This document shows, one piece after another, positions 25,099-32,151 of a stretch of 32,151 nt of DNA. Position numbers and translations under genes: made by a program. This DNA comes from an uncultured Candidatus Saccharibacteria bacterium. Lineage in GTDB: Bacteria > Patescibacteriota > Minisyncoccia > Phycocordibacterales > UBA2100. The stretch covers positions 18,192 through 50,342 of the forward strand of contig CAYJVW010000001.1 in NCBI GenBank assembly GCA_964373725.1, written 5' to 3'. A model generated the notes under the pieces. That model was not told the DNA's origin. It did not search any database and was given only the letters and a program-made list of their open reading frames with translations. Each line of letters begins with the position of its first letter. The first letter of the stretch is position 1.

Positions 25099-26740
25099 CC
25101 ATAAATTTCTCTATATCCGCAATCGTTCCGCCGACTTTTTTGCCGGGGTTAAAGATATTTTGCGGGTCGAAGATGTGTTTGGTTTCCGCAAATAGCTCGA
25201 GCATTTTCGGGCTGAACATGTCGTTCAGAAATGGCGTTCTGATGATGCCGTCATTGTGTTCGCCAGTCGTAGAGCCGTGATATTTCGCGACAAGCTCGTA
25301 TACTTTTGGCGTGAGTTCTAGAATGGCTTTCCGAGCTTCGGGTTTGGAGAGATCCATAAGAGGAATGATGTGGAAATTACCATTGCCGACGTGTCCCGCG
25401 ATCGTGTAGATAAGATCGTATTTGGAAAGCAGCGCATTCAGCTCGGGCAAAAAATGCGGCAGCGTATCGGGATCTACTACACAATCATCGATGAAAGGGG
25501 ATGCGTAGTAGCCGCGCAGATTCTTTCGGAGGAGCGCAAAACTTTCGCGGCGCATCGTCCAGTATTTTGCCGTCGCAGCTTCCCCCGCAGCGAGCTTTGT
25601 ACGAATCGCGAGCTCTGCAAGCGACGCTCTCGATACCATGGCTTTCTTAAGAGCGAGCTCGTGCGTGTCTTCCGCGAATTCAGCCATGAGTATCAGTTTC
25701 GGCACGCCGCCGATGAGAACCATCCCGACTTCTGGAAGGAATGAGAGGCCAAGATGAATTGCTTTTGCAAGTCCTAACTGTTTCAATATCTGCGGAAGGA
25801 AGCGCACCGCAAGCTTGAATGTTTGATCGTCGTATGATTCGAATGATTCGGGTTCTTGTGCTAAAACGCGGCGCACGATTTCGGGAAGCGTCTTGAGATC
25901 GGAGAGAAACATGACAAGCATCGCGTGGTGCTCTTTTCGCTTCACAAGCCCCAATTTCATTCGGGTAACGAGTCCGAGCGTTCCTTGCGAGCCTACGATG
26001 AGTTTGGTGAGGTCGAATATGCCGCTTTCTCTGTCGTACACTTTCCAAAGCGCGTAGCCTGCGGAATTCTTCGAAACACGAGGTGTTGCAGCCCGTATCT
26101 CTTGCCAGTTATTTTGGATGAGATCGTGCACGCGTCGGTATATTTCGCCCTCGAGAGTTTGTTCGTTTTTTTTCGACTCAAGATCGGTTTTCGAGAGTGG
26201 TCTTAGGGTTGCTTTCGAGCCGTCTGACAGGATGACGTCTAATTCGCGTACGTAACGATCCGTCTTTCCGTATCGGAGCGTCAGTTCGCCTGCCGAATTA
26301 TTAGAGACTATGCCGCCGAGCGCGCATATTTCGCGAGAGGCGGGGTATGAGGGAAGGAGCATGCCGGTTTTCGCGAGCGTCTCTTTTTCGAAATCGCGAT
26401 AATACATGCCGGGTTCGGCGATGGCGTAATCGCTTCCGATCTCGATCATGTGGTTCATGTATGTTGTGAACGACACGACGACCCCGTCCGTGAGAGGTCC
26501 GCCTGACATATCAGTGCCGGCGGAGCGGCCGGTAAGAGAAATATTCTCTCCCCGGCTCTTTGCGCTAGCCACGAATTTCACCAGTTTTGACACGTCGTCG
26601 GTATCTTTTGGCGACACAACGAGCGACGGCATCCGTTCGAAAATACTCGTATCGCGACTGAATTTCTTCAGCGTATCTGCGTCATCTGCGACGTCGCCTT
26701 TGATGAGAGCCGCGATGCTCTCTTTAAGAATCATATTCAT
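25082..26740 (-). CDS. FAD-binding oxidoreductase (FAD-linked oxidase, GlcD/D-lactate dehydrogenase-like)
   Basis: It has a PCMH-type FAD-binding N-terminus (VVSPKDTDDVSKLVKF, SLTGRSAGTDMSGG) and a C-terminal FAD-oxidase domain (GTTGEHNDGIIR, IFDPQNIFNPGK). The 3' end overlaps dsbB by 17 nt in convergent orientation. Confidence 0.88.
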   Translation of the reverse strand: MNMILKESIAALIKGDVADDADTLKKFSRDTSIFERMPSLVVSPKDTDDVSKLVKFVASAKSRGENISLTGRSAGTDMSGGPLTDGVVVSFTTYMNHMIEIGSDYAIAEPGMYYRDFEKETLAKTGMLLPSYPASREICALGGIVSNNSAGELTLRYGKTDRYVRELDVILSDGSKATLRPLSKTDLESKKNEQTLEGEIYRRVHDLIQNNWQEIRAATPRVSKNSAGYALWKVYDRESGIFDLTKLIVGSQGTLGLVTRMKLGLVKRKEHHAMLVMFLSDLKTLPEIVRRVLAQEPESFESYDDQTFKLAVRFLPQILKQLGLAKAIHLGLSFLPEVGMVLIGGVPKLILMAEFAEDTHELALKKAMVSRASLAELAIRTKLAAGEAATAKYWTMRRESFALLRKNLRGYYASPFIDDCVVDPDTLPHFLPELNALLSKYDLIYTIAGHVGNGNFHIIPLMDLSKPEARKAILELTPKVYELVAKYHGSTTGEHNDGIIRTPFLNDMFSPKMLELFAETKHIFDPQNIFNPGKKVGGTIADIEKFMVRTSV

Positions 26741-26777
26741 AAGTATCCCCGAAGATCGGCAAGCCGTCTACGGGGCA

Positions 26778-26907
26778 GGCAAGTATCAGGTGCCAAGTAT
26801 CAAACAAGTATCAAGTGTATAAGTATCAAACGAGGTCTGGTCTCTTGATACTTCGGAACTTAATTATTGATACTTACTTGATACCTGATACTTGCGATTT
26901 GATACTT
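26778..26907. repeat. Family B element: about 130 nt imperfect hairpin built from AAGTATCA / TGATACTT words
   Basis: Forward words are at 26781, 26795, 26806 and 26821. Inverse words are at 26846, 26868, 26886 and 26900. GCAAGTATCAGGT (26779..26791) is perfectly complementary to 26883..26895. Confidence 0.7.
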
Positions 26908-26908
26908 T

Positions 26909-28273
26909 TTAATTCTTTCTTTCCATCGCTTCCAAAAGTTTGTCTATAAGAAGTTCGGTTTCCGCAGGGTTCTGCACCTGTCTCGTGTCAACGCCAGCTT
27001 CCATCACGACGTAATCGTTTCCGCCAGGGTAGAGTGCATCGCCGATAAAAAGCATCTCTCCCGGCTTCACGCCAAGATGCTTTGCGAGCCAGAGAGCGCC
27101 GTATCCCTTGTGTATGCCTTTTGCGGTTATATCTATCGTTGTCGTTCCTCCTATCAATATTTCAAGATCTGGCAGTCTCTTTTCAAGCGCTCGTTTTAAT
27201 TTCGTCCGTTTTTCAAGCCCAGAATCCCACGCTCGCTTGTGTTCCTGGCGCGCTGCCAGTCCAAGTGCGCTAAAGACGATCTTCGAGTCCCGCTCCAGAA
27301 TTTCCCATGAGTATTTTGGATCTTTTTCGATGATTCCGGTCTCTTTGACGCACTCTTTGATTACGGAAACTGCTCGTGCTCGCTGTTCAGGTGTCATTGG
27401 AATGCGATACAAGGAACTCCACGCTCCATCCTGCAGAACGTGCAACTCTGCTCCATTATATGAAAATACGTACAGATGCTTCGCATGGCTGTGAGATTCG
27501 AGCGAAGGAAGAAGTGCTTTTTCAACTCGAGGAAAACTCGCTGCGGTAAGAATCGCGATCGGCATTTTCTCGAGCAGTTTTGAAAGTTTATCAACCATGC
27601 TTTGAGTCGGCGGCTGCCAGCTGACTGCGAGCGTATCGTCCACGTCGAACAGCACTGCGCGCGGAATTTTCTTTGTTTCGAACCGATGTTTCCAAAACTC
27701 ACGTGCGAGTGGAATGCAGGTAACGACAATTATCGCGAGAACGACGACTTCTATGTAGTCGGCTGTTTTCGGGAAGGTTTGACCGAGCATGTACCCTAGG
27801 AATGAAATGCCGCTCGCCCACAAAATGCCGCCAAGTGCGTTGTAGAACATGAATATTCGATACTCCATGTTCGCGACTCCTGCGAGAATGGGCGCGAACG
27901 TCCGAACAACAGGTACAAAGCGTGCCAGAAGAATGGTGCGTGCGCCGTATTTCGCGTAGAAACGGCGCGTACGGTCGAGATATTCTCGCTTGAAAAATCG
28001 CGAGTTCGGTTTGTCGAAGAGATGTACGCCCACTTTCGCGCCAAACCAATAGCCGACGTTGTCGCCGAGGATTGCCGCTATGGCGACCAAGGGCACAATG
28101 ATGCGGATATCGAGGAACCCCTGCGAAGCAAGAAATCCGGACGTAAAGAGAAGGCTCGCGCCGGGGAGGAAGAACCCGACGATGATTCCGGATTCCGCAA
28201 AAATGATGGCAAAGAGACCGGGGTAGCCGATGATTTCGATCAGTTGGGAAAGTTCCCAGGGGAGCATAGGCAC
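26909..28273 (-). CDS. Fusion protein: N-terminal DedA-family membrane domain plus C-terminal HAD-IIB (PMM/Cof-like) phosphatase domain
   Basis: Residues 1 to ~195 carry DedA motifs (FAESGIIVGFFLPGASLLF, RFVPVVRTFAPILAGV). Residues ~205-454 carry HAD motifs (VLFDVDDTLA, TTTIDITAKGIHKG, FIGDALYPGGNDY). Confidence 0.85.
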   Translation of the reverse strand: MPMLPWELSQLIEIIGYPGLFAIIFAESGIIVGFFLPGASLLFTSGFLASQGFLDIRIIVPLVAIAAILGDNVGYWFGAKVGVHLFDKPNSRFFKREYLDRTRRFYAKYGARTILLARFVPVVRTFAPILAGVANMEYRIFMFYNALGGILWASGISFLGYMLGQTFPKTADYIEVVVLAIIVVTCIPLAREFWKHRFETKKIPRAVLFDVDDTLAVSWQPPTQSMVDKLSKLLEKMPIAILTAASFPRVEKALLPSLESHSHAKHLYVFSYNGAELHVLQDGAWSSLYRIPMTPEQRARAVSVIKECVKETGIIEKDPKYSWEILERDSKIVFSALGLAARQEHKRAWDSGLEKRTKLKRALEKRLPDLEILIGGTTTIDITAKGIHKGYGALWLAKHLGVKPGEMLFIGDALYPGGNDYVVMEAGVDTRQVQNPAETELLIDKLLEAMERKN

Positions 28274-28329
28274 AAGTAAATAGTAAATAGTAAAAAGGGC
28301 AAGAAGTAATGTACGTGCGAATGCTCGAG

Positions 28330-28367
28330 ATACGATAACTATGTCCTATAGGACATAGTTATCGTAT
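28330..28367. repeat. Family E perfect 38 nt palindrome
   Basis: ATACGATAACTATGTCCT-AT-AGGACATAGTTATCGTAT lies between the glyA stop and the DedA-HAD start. Confidence 0.8.
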
Positions 28368-28385
28368 GAGGCATGTGTCAATCGA

Positions 28386-29654
28386 TTACACAAACGAATC
28401 AGGAATAGGAAAGCGCTTGCACATTGTGCGGATGTCTTCGCGGACGCGTTTGTGGAGCTTCTTGTTCTCTTTGTTCTGAAGCGTTTCAATCATAAGCTCG
28501 GCGACCTTTGCGGATTCTTTTTCTTTGAACCCGCGAGTCGTGATGGCGGGTGTACCGAATCGGATGCCGGAGGGGTCCATCGGACCACGCGTATCATCTG
28601 CTATTGAATTTTTATTGAGCGTGATGCCGACTTCGTCGAGAAGCGTCTCGGCTTCTTTTCCGGGAATTCCGAGAGAGCCGTATACATCGGCAAGAATAAG
28701 ATGGCTGTCTGTGCCGCCCGCTATCATGCGAATGCCGCTCGACTTGAACACTTTTTCCATCGCTTTTGCGTTCTTTAAGATCTGTTTTGCATACGTTCGG
28801 TAACTCGGTTTCAGCGCCTCGCCGAAACACACCGCTTTTGCGGCTATAGCGTTCATCAAGGGGCCTCCTTGAAGACCGGGGAAGATCGATTTGTCTATTT
28901 TCTTCGCCAATCCTTCGTCCTCGCGTGTCAAGATCATACCACCGCGCGGGCCGCGCAGAGTCTTGTGCGTTGTCGTCGTCATGATATCGAATCCGTAATC
29001 AAACGGGTTTTTCATTGCGCGGCCCGCGATAAGGCCGGCGATGTGGGCGATGTCCATGACTGCGAGCGCGCCGACGGCGCGCGCGATCTCGACGAATTTT
29101 GTGTAGTTAAGTTCTCGCGGATACGCGGAGTAGCCGGCAAGCACTATTTTCGGCTTCTCGCGTTTAGCAACCTGCATCATTTCGTCATAATCAATTTCGC
29201 CTGTGTCAACGTTTTTCATTTTGTACCGCACAAATTTGTATATCTTCGTGAGGTAGGTGACGGGGTGTCCGTGCGTGAGGTGGCCGCCATGCGAGAGATC
29301 CATCCCGAGGATCGTGTCTCCCGGTTGGAGCAGTGCGAAATACATACCGACGTTTGCCGGAGCACCCGCATGCGGCTGCACGTTTGCGAATTTACAGTTG
29401 AAGAGTTTTTTCGCGCGGTCGCGTGCGATGTTTTCTACGATGTCCGTGTATTTCTGTCCGCCGTAATAGCGCCTTCCGGGGTAGCCTTCCGAATATTTAT
29501 TCGTGAGATTGGAACTGTTTGCTTCCCGTACCGCTTTCGATACGTAATTTTCCGACGGGATCAATTCGAGTCCTTCCGCCTGCCTTTCTTCTTCGCCCAT
29601 GAGGGCCTTGAACACTTGCGGGTCTTGTTTTTTGACGTGGGGATAAAGAGTCAT
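28386..29654 (-). CDS. glyA: Serine hydroxymethyltransferase
   Basis: LELIPSENY, the PLP-lysine block TTTTHKTLRGPRGGMI and GGTDSHL are present. The protein is 422 aa. Confidence 0.95.
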   Translation of the reverse strand: MTLYPHVKKQDPQVFKALMGEEERQAEGLELIPSENYVSKAVREANSSNLTNKYSEGYPGRRYYGGQKYTDIVENIARDRAKKLFNCKFANVQPHAGAPANVGMYFALLQPGDTILGMDLSHGGHLTHGHPVTYLTKIYKFVRYKMKNVDTGEIDYDEMMQVAKREKPKIVLAGYSAYPRELNYTKFVEIARAVGALAVMDIAHIAGLIAGRAMKNPFDYGFDIMTTTTHKTLRGPRGGMILTREDEGLAKKIDKSIFPGLQGGPLMNAIAAKAVCFGEALKPSYRTYAKQILKNAKAMEKVFKSSGIRMIAGGTDSHLILADVYGSLGIPGKEAETLLDEVGITLNKNSIADDTRGPMDPSGIRFGTPAITTRGFKEKESAKVAELMIETLQNKENKKLHKRVREDIRTMCKRFPIPDSFV

Positions 29655-29711
29655 ACATTATAAACTATAAACAATAAACTATAAATTAATGGGTAGCTAA
29701 ATCATATGAAT

Positions 29712-30683
29712 TTACGATTGCTGGGAATGCATGACCTTATTATACCCGCCGGCTATCGTCAATTCAGCCTTGATGGACGGATGGGCGTCGTAGTTTTCGA
29801 GCTTGACGTATTCCGGCTTGAACGAGTCGAGAGAGTCGAAGTCGTGCGCAAATGAAATTATAGGGAATGGTTTAGGTTCGCGTGAGAGTTGCTCTTTTAT
29901 CTGTTCGCGATGGTTCTCGTACATATGAAAATCGCCGAACGTGTGGACAAATTCTCCAGCTTCGCGGCCGAGGATTTTCGCGACGATCGCACTAAGGAGT
30001 GAATAGCTTGCGATGTTGAAAGGGACGCCGAGGAAAATATCTGCGCTTCGCTGGTACAGTTGCATGCACACTTTGCCGCGCTTGATATTGAGTTGGTACA
30101 TGTTGTGGCAGATAGGGAATCGAGCGCCCTCTCCGGGGCGCGCCATTGAGTACAGGTACTCCGGATTCCATGACGTAACGAGCGTGTTGTGTGCATCGGG
30201 ATCTTTGCGGAGTTCTTCAATTGCCCATCCGAGCTGGTCAACGGTTCGGCCGTCTTTTGCCTGCCACCTACGCCACATCTCTCCGTAGATATGCGGAAGC
30301 TCTCCGTGTTCTTTTGCAAACTCGCCGTCGCTTTTTATCTTTGCGATAAATTCCTCTTTTGTGAGTTCTCTATATCGTTTATCGTTTATCGTTTTTTCTT
30401 TATATATTTTATACGGATAATCATCCCAAATATGCACGTCGTTATCGACGAGGTATTTAATGTTCGACTGTCCCGACATGAACCAGTACAGTTCATGCAA
30501 CACGCCTTTCCAATAGACTTTTTTTGTTGTGAGTAAGGGGAACCCTCGCGCAAGATCAAAGCGCAATTGCGCTCCGAAACAGCTATACGTTTTTACACCT
30601 GTCCCTTTATCAACCTGCTCTTCACCCTCCTCCAGCGTCTTTCGGAGCAAGTCGAGATACTGATATTCTGGATGCATGCTCAT
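29712..30683 (-). CDS. thyA: Thymidylate synthase (ThyA, long form)
   Basis: YLDLL, the catalytic Cys block RFPICHNMYQL, DIFLGVPFNIASYSLL and FGDFHMYENH are present. At 323 aa it has insertions as in the long ThyA forms. Confidence 0.93.
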   Translation of the reverse strand: MSMHPEYQYLDLLRKTLEEGEEQVDKGTGVKTYSCFGAQLRFDLARGFPLLTTKKVYWKGVLHELYWFMSGQSNIKYLVDNDVHIWDDYPYKIYKEKTINDKRYRELTKEEFIAKIKSDGEFAKEHGELPHIYGEMWRRWQAKDGRTVDQLGWAIEELRKDPDAHNTLVTSWNPEYLYSMARPGEGARFPICHNMYQLNIKRGKVCMQLYQRSADIFLGVPFNIASYSLLSAIVAKILGREAGEFVHTFGDFHMYENHREQIKEQLSREPKPFPIISFAHDFDSLDSFKPEYVKLENYDAHPSIKAELTIAGGYNKVMHSQQS

Positions 30684-30924
30684 AGAGGGAGAATATCATG
30701 TTTTTATCTGTCGAGGATAGCGAGAGCAATGCACATGCGGAGCATTTGCATTTCCGAGCGTCGCAGACGGCAAAGGTTAAACCTTGGCGGCTTGCCGCGG
30801 AAGTTCGTGAACGAGAGAAGCTCATTCACGAGGGTCCAGGGGCAAGCCCATGGGGTTTGAAGCCTTTCATTCAGGCTAGAATTGATCCTACGGGATTTCT
30901 GAATCAAACGGTACTTTACACGAA

Positions 30925-30960
30925 ATAGGATAGATGCAACGGCCGTGGAATCTATCCTAT
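30925..30960. terminator. Hairpin downstream of dcd (possible terminator)
   Basis: ATAGGATAGAT-14 nt loop-ATCTATCCTAT has an 11 bp perfect stem and lies 37 nt beyond the dcd stop. The U-tract on the - strand is weak (TTCGTGT). Confidence 0.3.
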
Positions 30961-30996
30961 ATTGCTACCGCCACAGTAATGGCGTGGGGTATGGGT

Positions 30997-31578
30997 CTAA
31001 GCTTTCTCCTCGCGTTCCCTGTATATTTTGCGTCTTGCTTTCTTCTCGCCGACGAAATGCTTCCAATTGTTTTTCGCAAAACGTCCAGTTTTTCGATAGT
31101 TTTGCGCAGGCGGGGAGGAGAGCATCGAGAACGTAATTTGGGCAATTTTCATGCCGGGCCGGAGAACTATGGGAATGTTGTTTTGATTCGTGATCTCAAG
31201 CGTGATGTGTAGAAAATGCCCGGGGTTTACGATACCCGCGGTGTTATGGATCATGAGACCGACCCGCGCGAGCGACGACTTTCCCGAGAGCTGGATCAGA
31301 TAGTGATCGGAGCCGAAGAAATCTTTGGACGAACCAAGAATTGAGATCCCGGGCCGCAAGATGAATTCCGCGCCATCCCTCACTTTTATTTCTCTCGTTG
31401 GGGAGTAAATTTTCTTGACCGGGTCAATGATGGCCGTCGAATGTGAGTCGTTGAGGAGGAATGTATTTCCAAGAAGAATGTCATAGCTCGCCGGCTGCAG
31501 ACGCGACTCGTCGAAGGGCTTCAGCACGATCGTTTTCGCCGTGACCGCCTTCTTGATGTCGATGTCGGATAAATACAT
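30997..31578 (-). CDS. dcd: dCTP deaminase (Dcd/dUTPase superfamily)
   Basis: MYLSDIDIKKAV ... LQPASYDILLG ... GKSSLARVGL ... AGIVNPGH follow the Dcd pattern. The C-terminal tail is basic. Confidence 0.9.
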   Translation of the reverse strand: MYLSDIDIKKAVTAKTIVLKPFDESRLQPASYDILLGNTFLLNDSHSTAIIDPVKKIYSPTREIKVRDGAEFILRPGISILGSSKDFFGSDHYLIQLSGKSSLARVGLMIHNTAGIVNPGHFLHITLEITNQNNIPIVLRPGMKIAQITFSMLSSPPAQNYRKTGRFAKNNWKHFVGEKKARRKIYREREEKA

Positions 31579-31584
31579 ACTATG

Positions 31585-32151
31585 CTACGTTGTTTTTGGT
31601 TTGCCGATTTCCTTTCTTGCTGCAGAATCAACAGGCAGCAGTCCCTCTGTCATTACCCGCGCTCCGCTCGAGTATCGTATATTGCGTGAGGAGATCATCT
31701 CCCGAGTCCATGAATCAAAGATATCCCCATATCTCATCTTTTCTCTTTCAGCAGTGGCGATTATGTGGCGGAGATCGTCATGTCGAGCAAAGACGGATAT
31801 TATTGCTCGCCTAAATTCGTTTACCTCACGTCCTTCCGGATCTTTTTCATCCGGTAGCCACACAAGAAGCGCTGTGGCGAATGTCTCCAAGCCTCGTCTC
31901 GACCACCTGCGCTCCGGGGATGAAGACAGTATTTTTTGAGCAAGCTGGACAGCTTCTTTATAATTGGATTGCATAAATAAGTACTTCAAGTAAAGACACG
32001 CAAGAATCTCGTCATTTTGCACGTTTTGTTCGATAAGTTGCTTGTATGTAGTAGAGATTTCGACTGCATTTACTAAGTGCTGTCTCCGTTCGTCCGGCGA
32101 TGTTATTCGTGCGCCAATTTCTTTCCACAAGAGCGTGTTTATCGTCACCAC
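31585..32151 (-). CDS. Hypothetical protein, 5' end outside the window
   Basis: The ORF runs to the window edge, so the first codon shown is not a real start. It stops 6 nt upstream of dcd. It is predicted helical and I recognise no family. Confidence 0.55.
   Translation of the reverse strand: MVTINTLLWKEIGARITSPDERRQHLVNAVEISTTYKQLIEQNVQNDEILACLYLKYLFMQSNYKEAVQLAQKILSSSPERRWSRRGLETFATALLVWLPDEKDPEGREVNEFRRAIISVFARHDDLRHIIATAEREKMRYGDIFDSWTREMISSRNIRYSSGARVMTEGLLPVDSAARKEIGKPKTT

Noticed and set aside
28869-29663. 264 aa ORF antisense to glyA
   Set aside because: This is a shadow frame of glyA, with biased composition and no motifs.
30934-31212. 92 aa + strand ORF overlapping the 3' end of dcd
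   Set aside because: It is antisense to a well-supported dcd frame and starts inside the terminator-like hairpin. It has no motifs.

Overview
This 32.1 kb window reads as a compact, roughly 50% GC bacterial chromosome using the standard genetic code: TGA and TAG act as stops and the large ORFs are intact. Gene content suggests a streamlined Candidate Phyla Radiation / Patescibacteria-like organism, but that placement is inference only.

Housekeeping backbone:
- + strand: KH-domain protein, trmD, rpoB, rpoC, dnaG, rpoD and an rlmB-like SpoU methyltransferase.
- - strand: hisS, then a run of an unknown partial ORF, dcd, thyA, glyA, a DedA-HAD fusion and an FAD-linked oxidase.

Accessory content:
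- A REP-associated HUH/Y1 transposase (RAYT) sitting inside its own REP hairpin cluster, next to a small wHTH ORF.
- A Phd/YefM-MazF/PemK toxin-antitoxin pair with an apparently leaderless promoter.
- A 317 aa orphan protein whose C-terminal half resembles the OspF/SpvC/HopAI1 phosphothreonine-lyase fold.
- HAD and HIT hydrolases, and a PD-(D/E)XK nuclease.
- An extracytoplasmic disulfide module (DsbA-like, thioredoxin-like, DsbB/BdbC-like).
- A DnaQ/RNase H-like exonuclease.
- An Avd-like four-helix-bundle (23S rRNA IVS protein family) gene bracketed by inverted repeats.
- A bPH_2 membrane protein and a SET-domain methyltransferase.

The most unusual feature lies outside the genes. Almost every intergenic spacer is filled by palindromes or by arrays of short tandem words followed by their inverse complements. 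At least six of these element families recur at two or more loci in the window. Several end within a few nucleotides of a start codon, and recognisable Shine-Dalgarno motifs are essentially absent.

I found no rRNA, tRNA or CRISPR array. Three GC-rich, structure-prone spacers (8884..9144, 14095..14465, 30684..30996) are unexplained candidate RNA loci.
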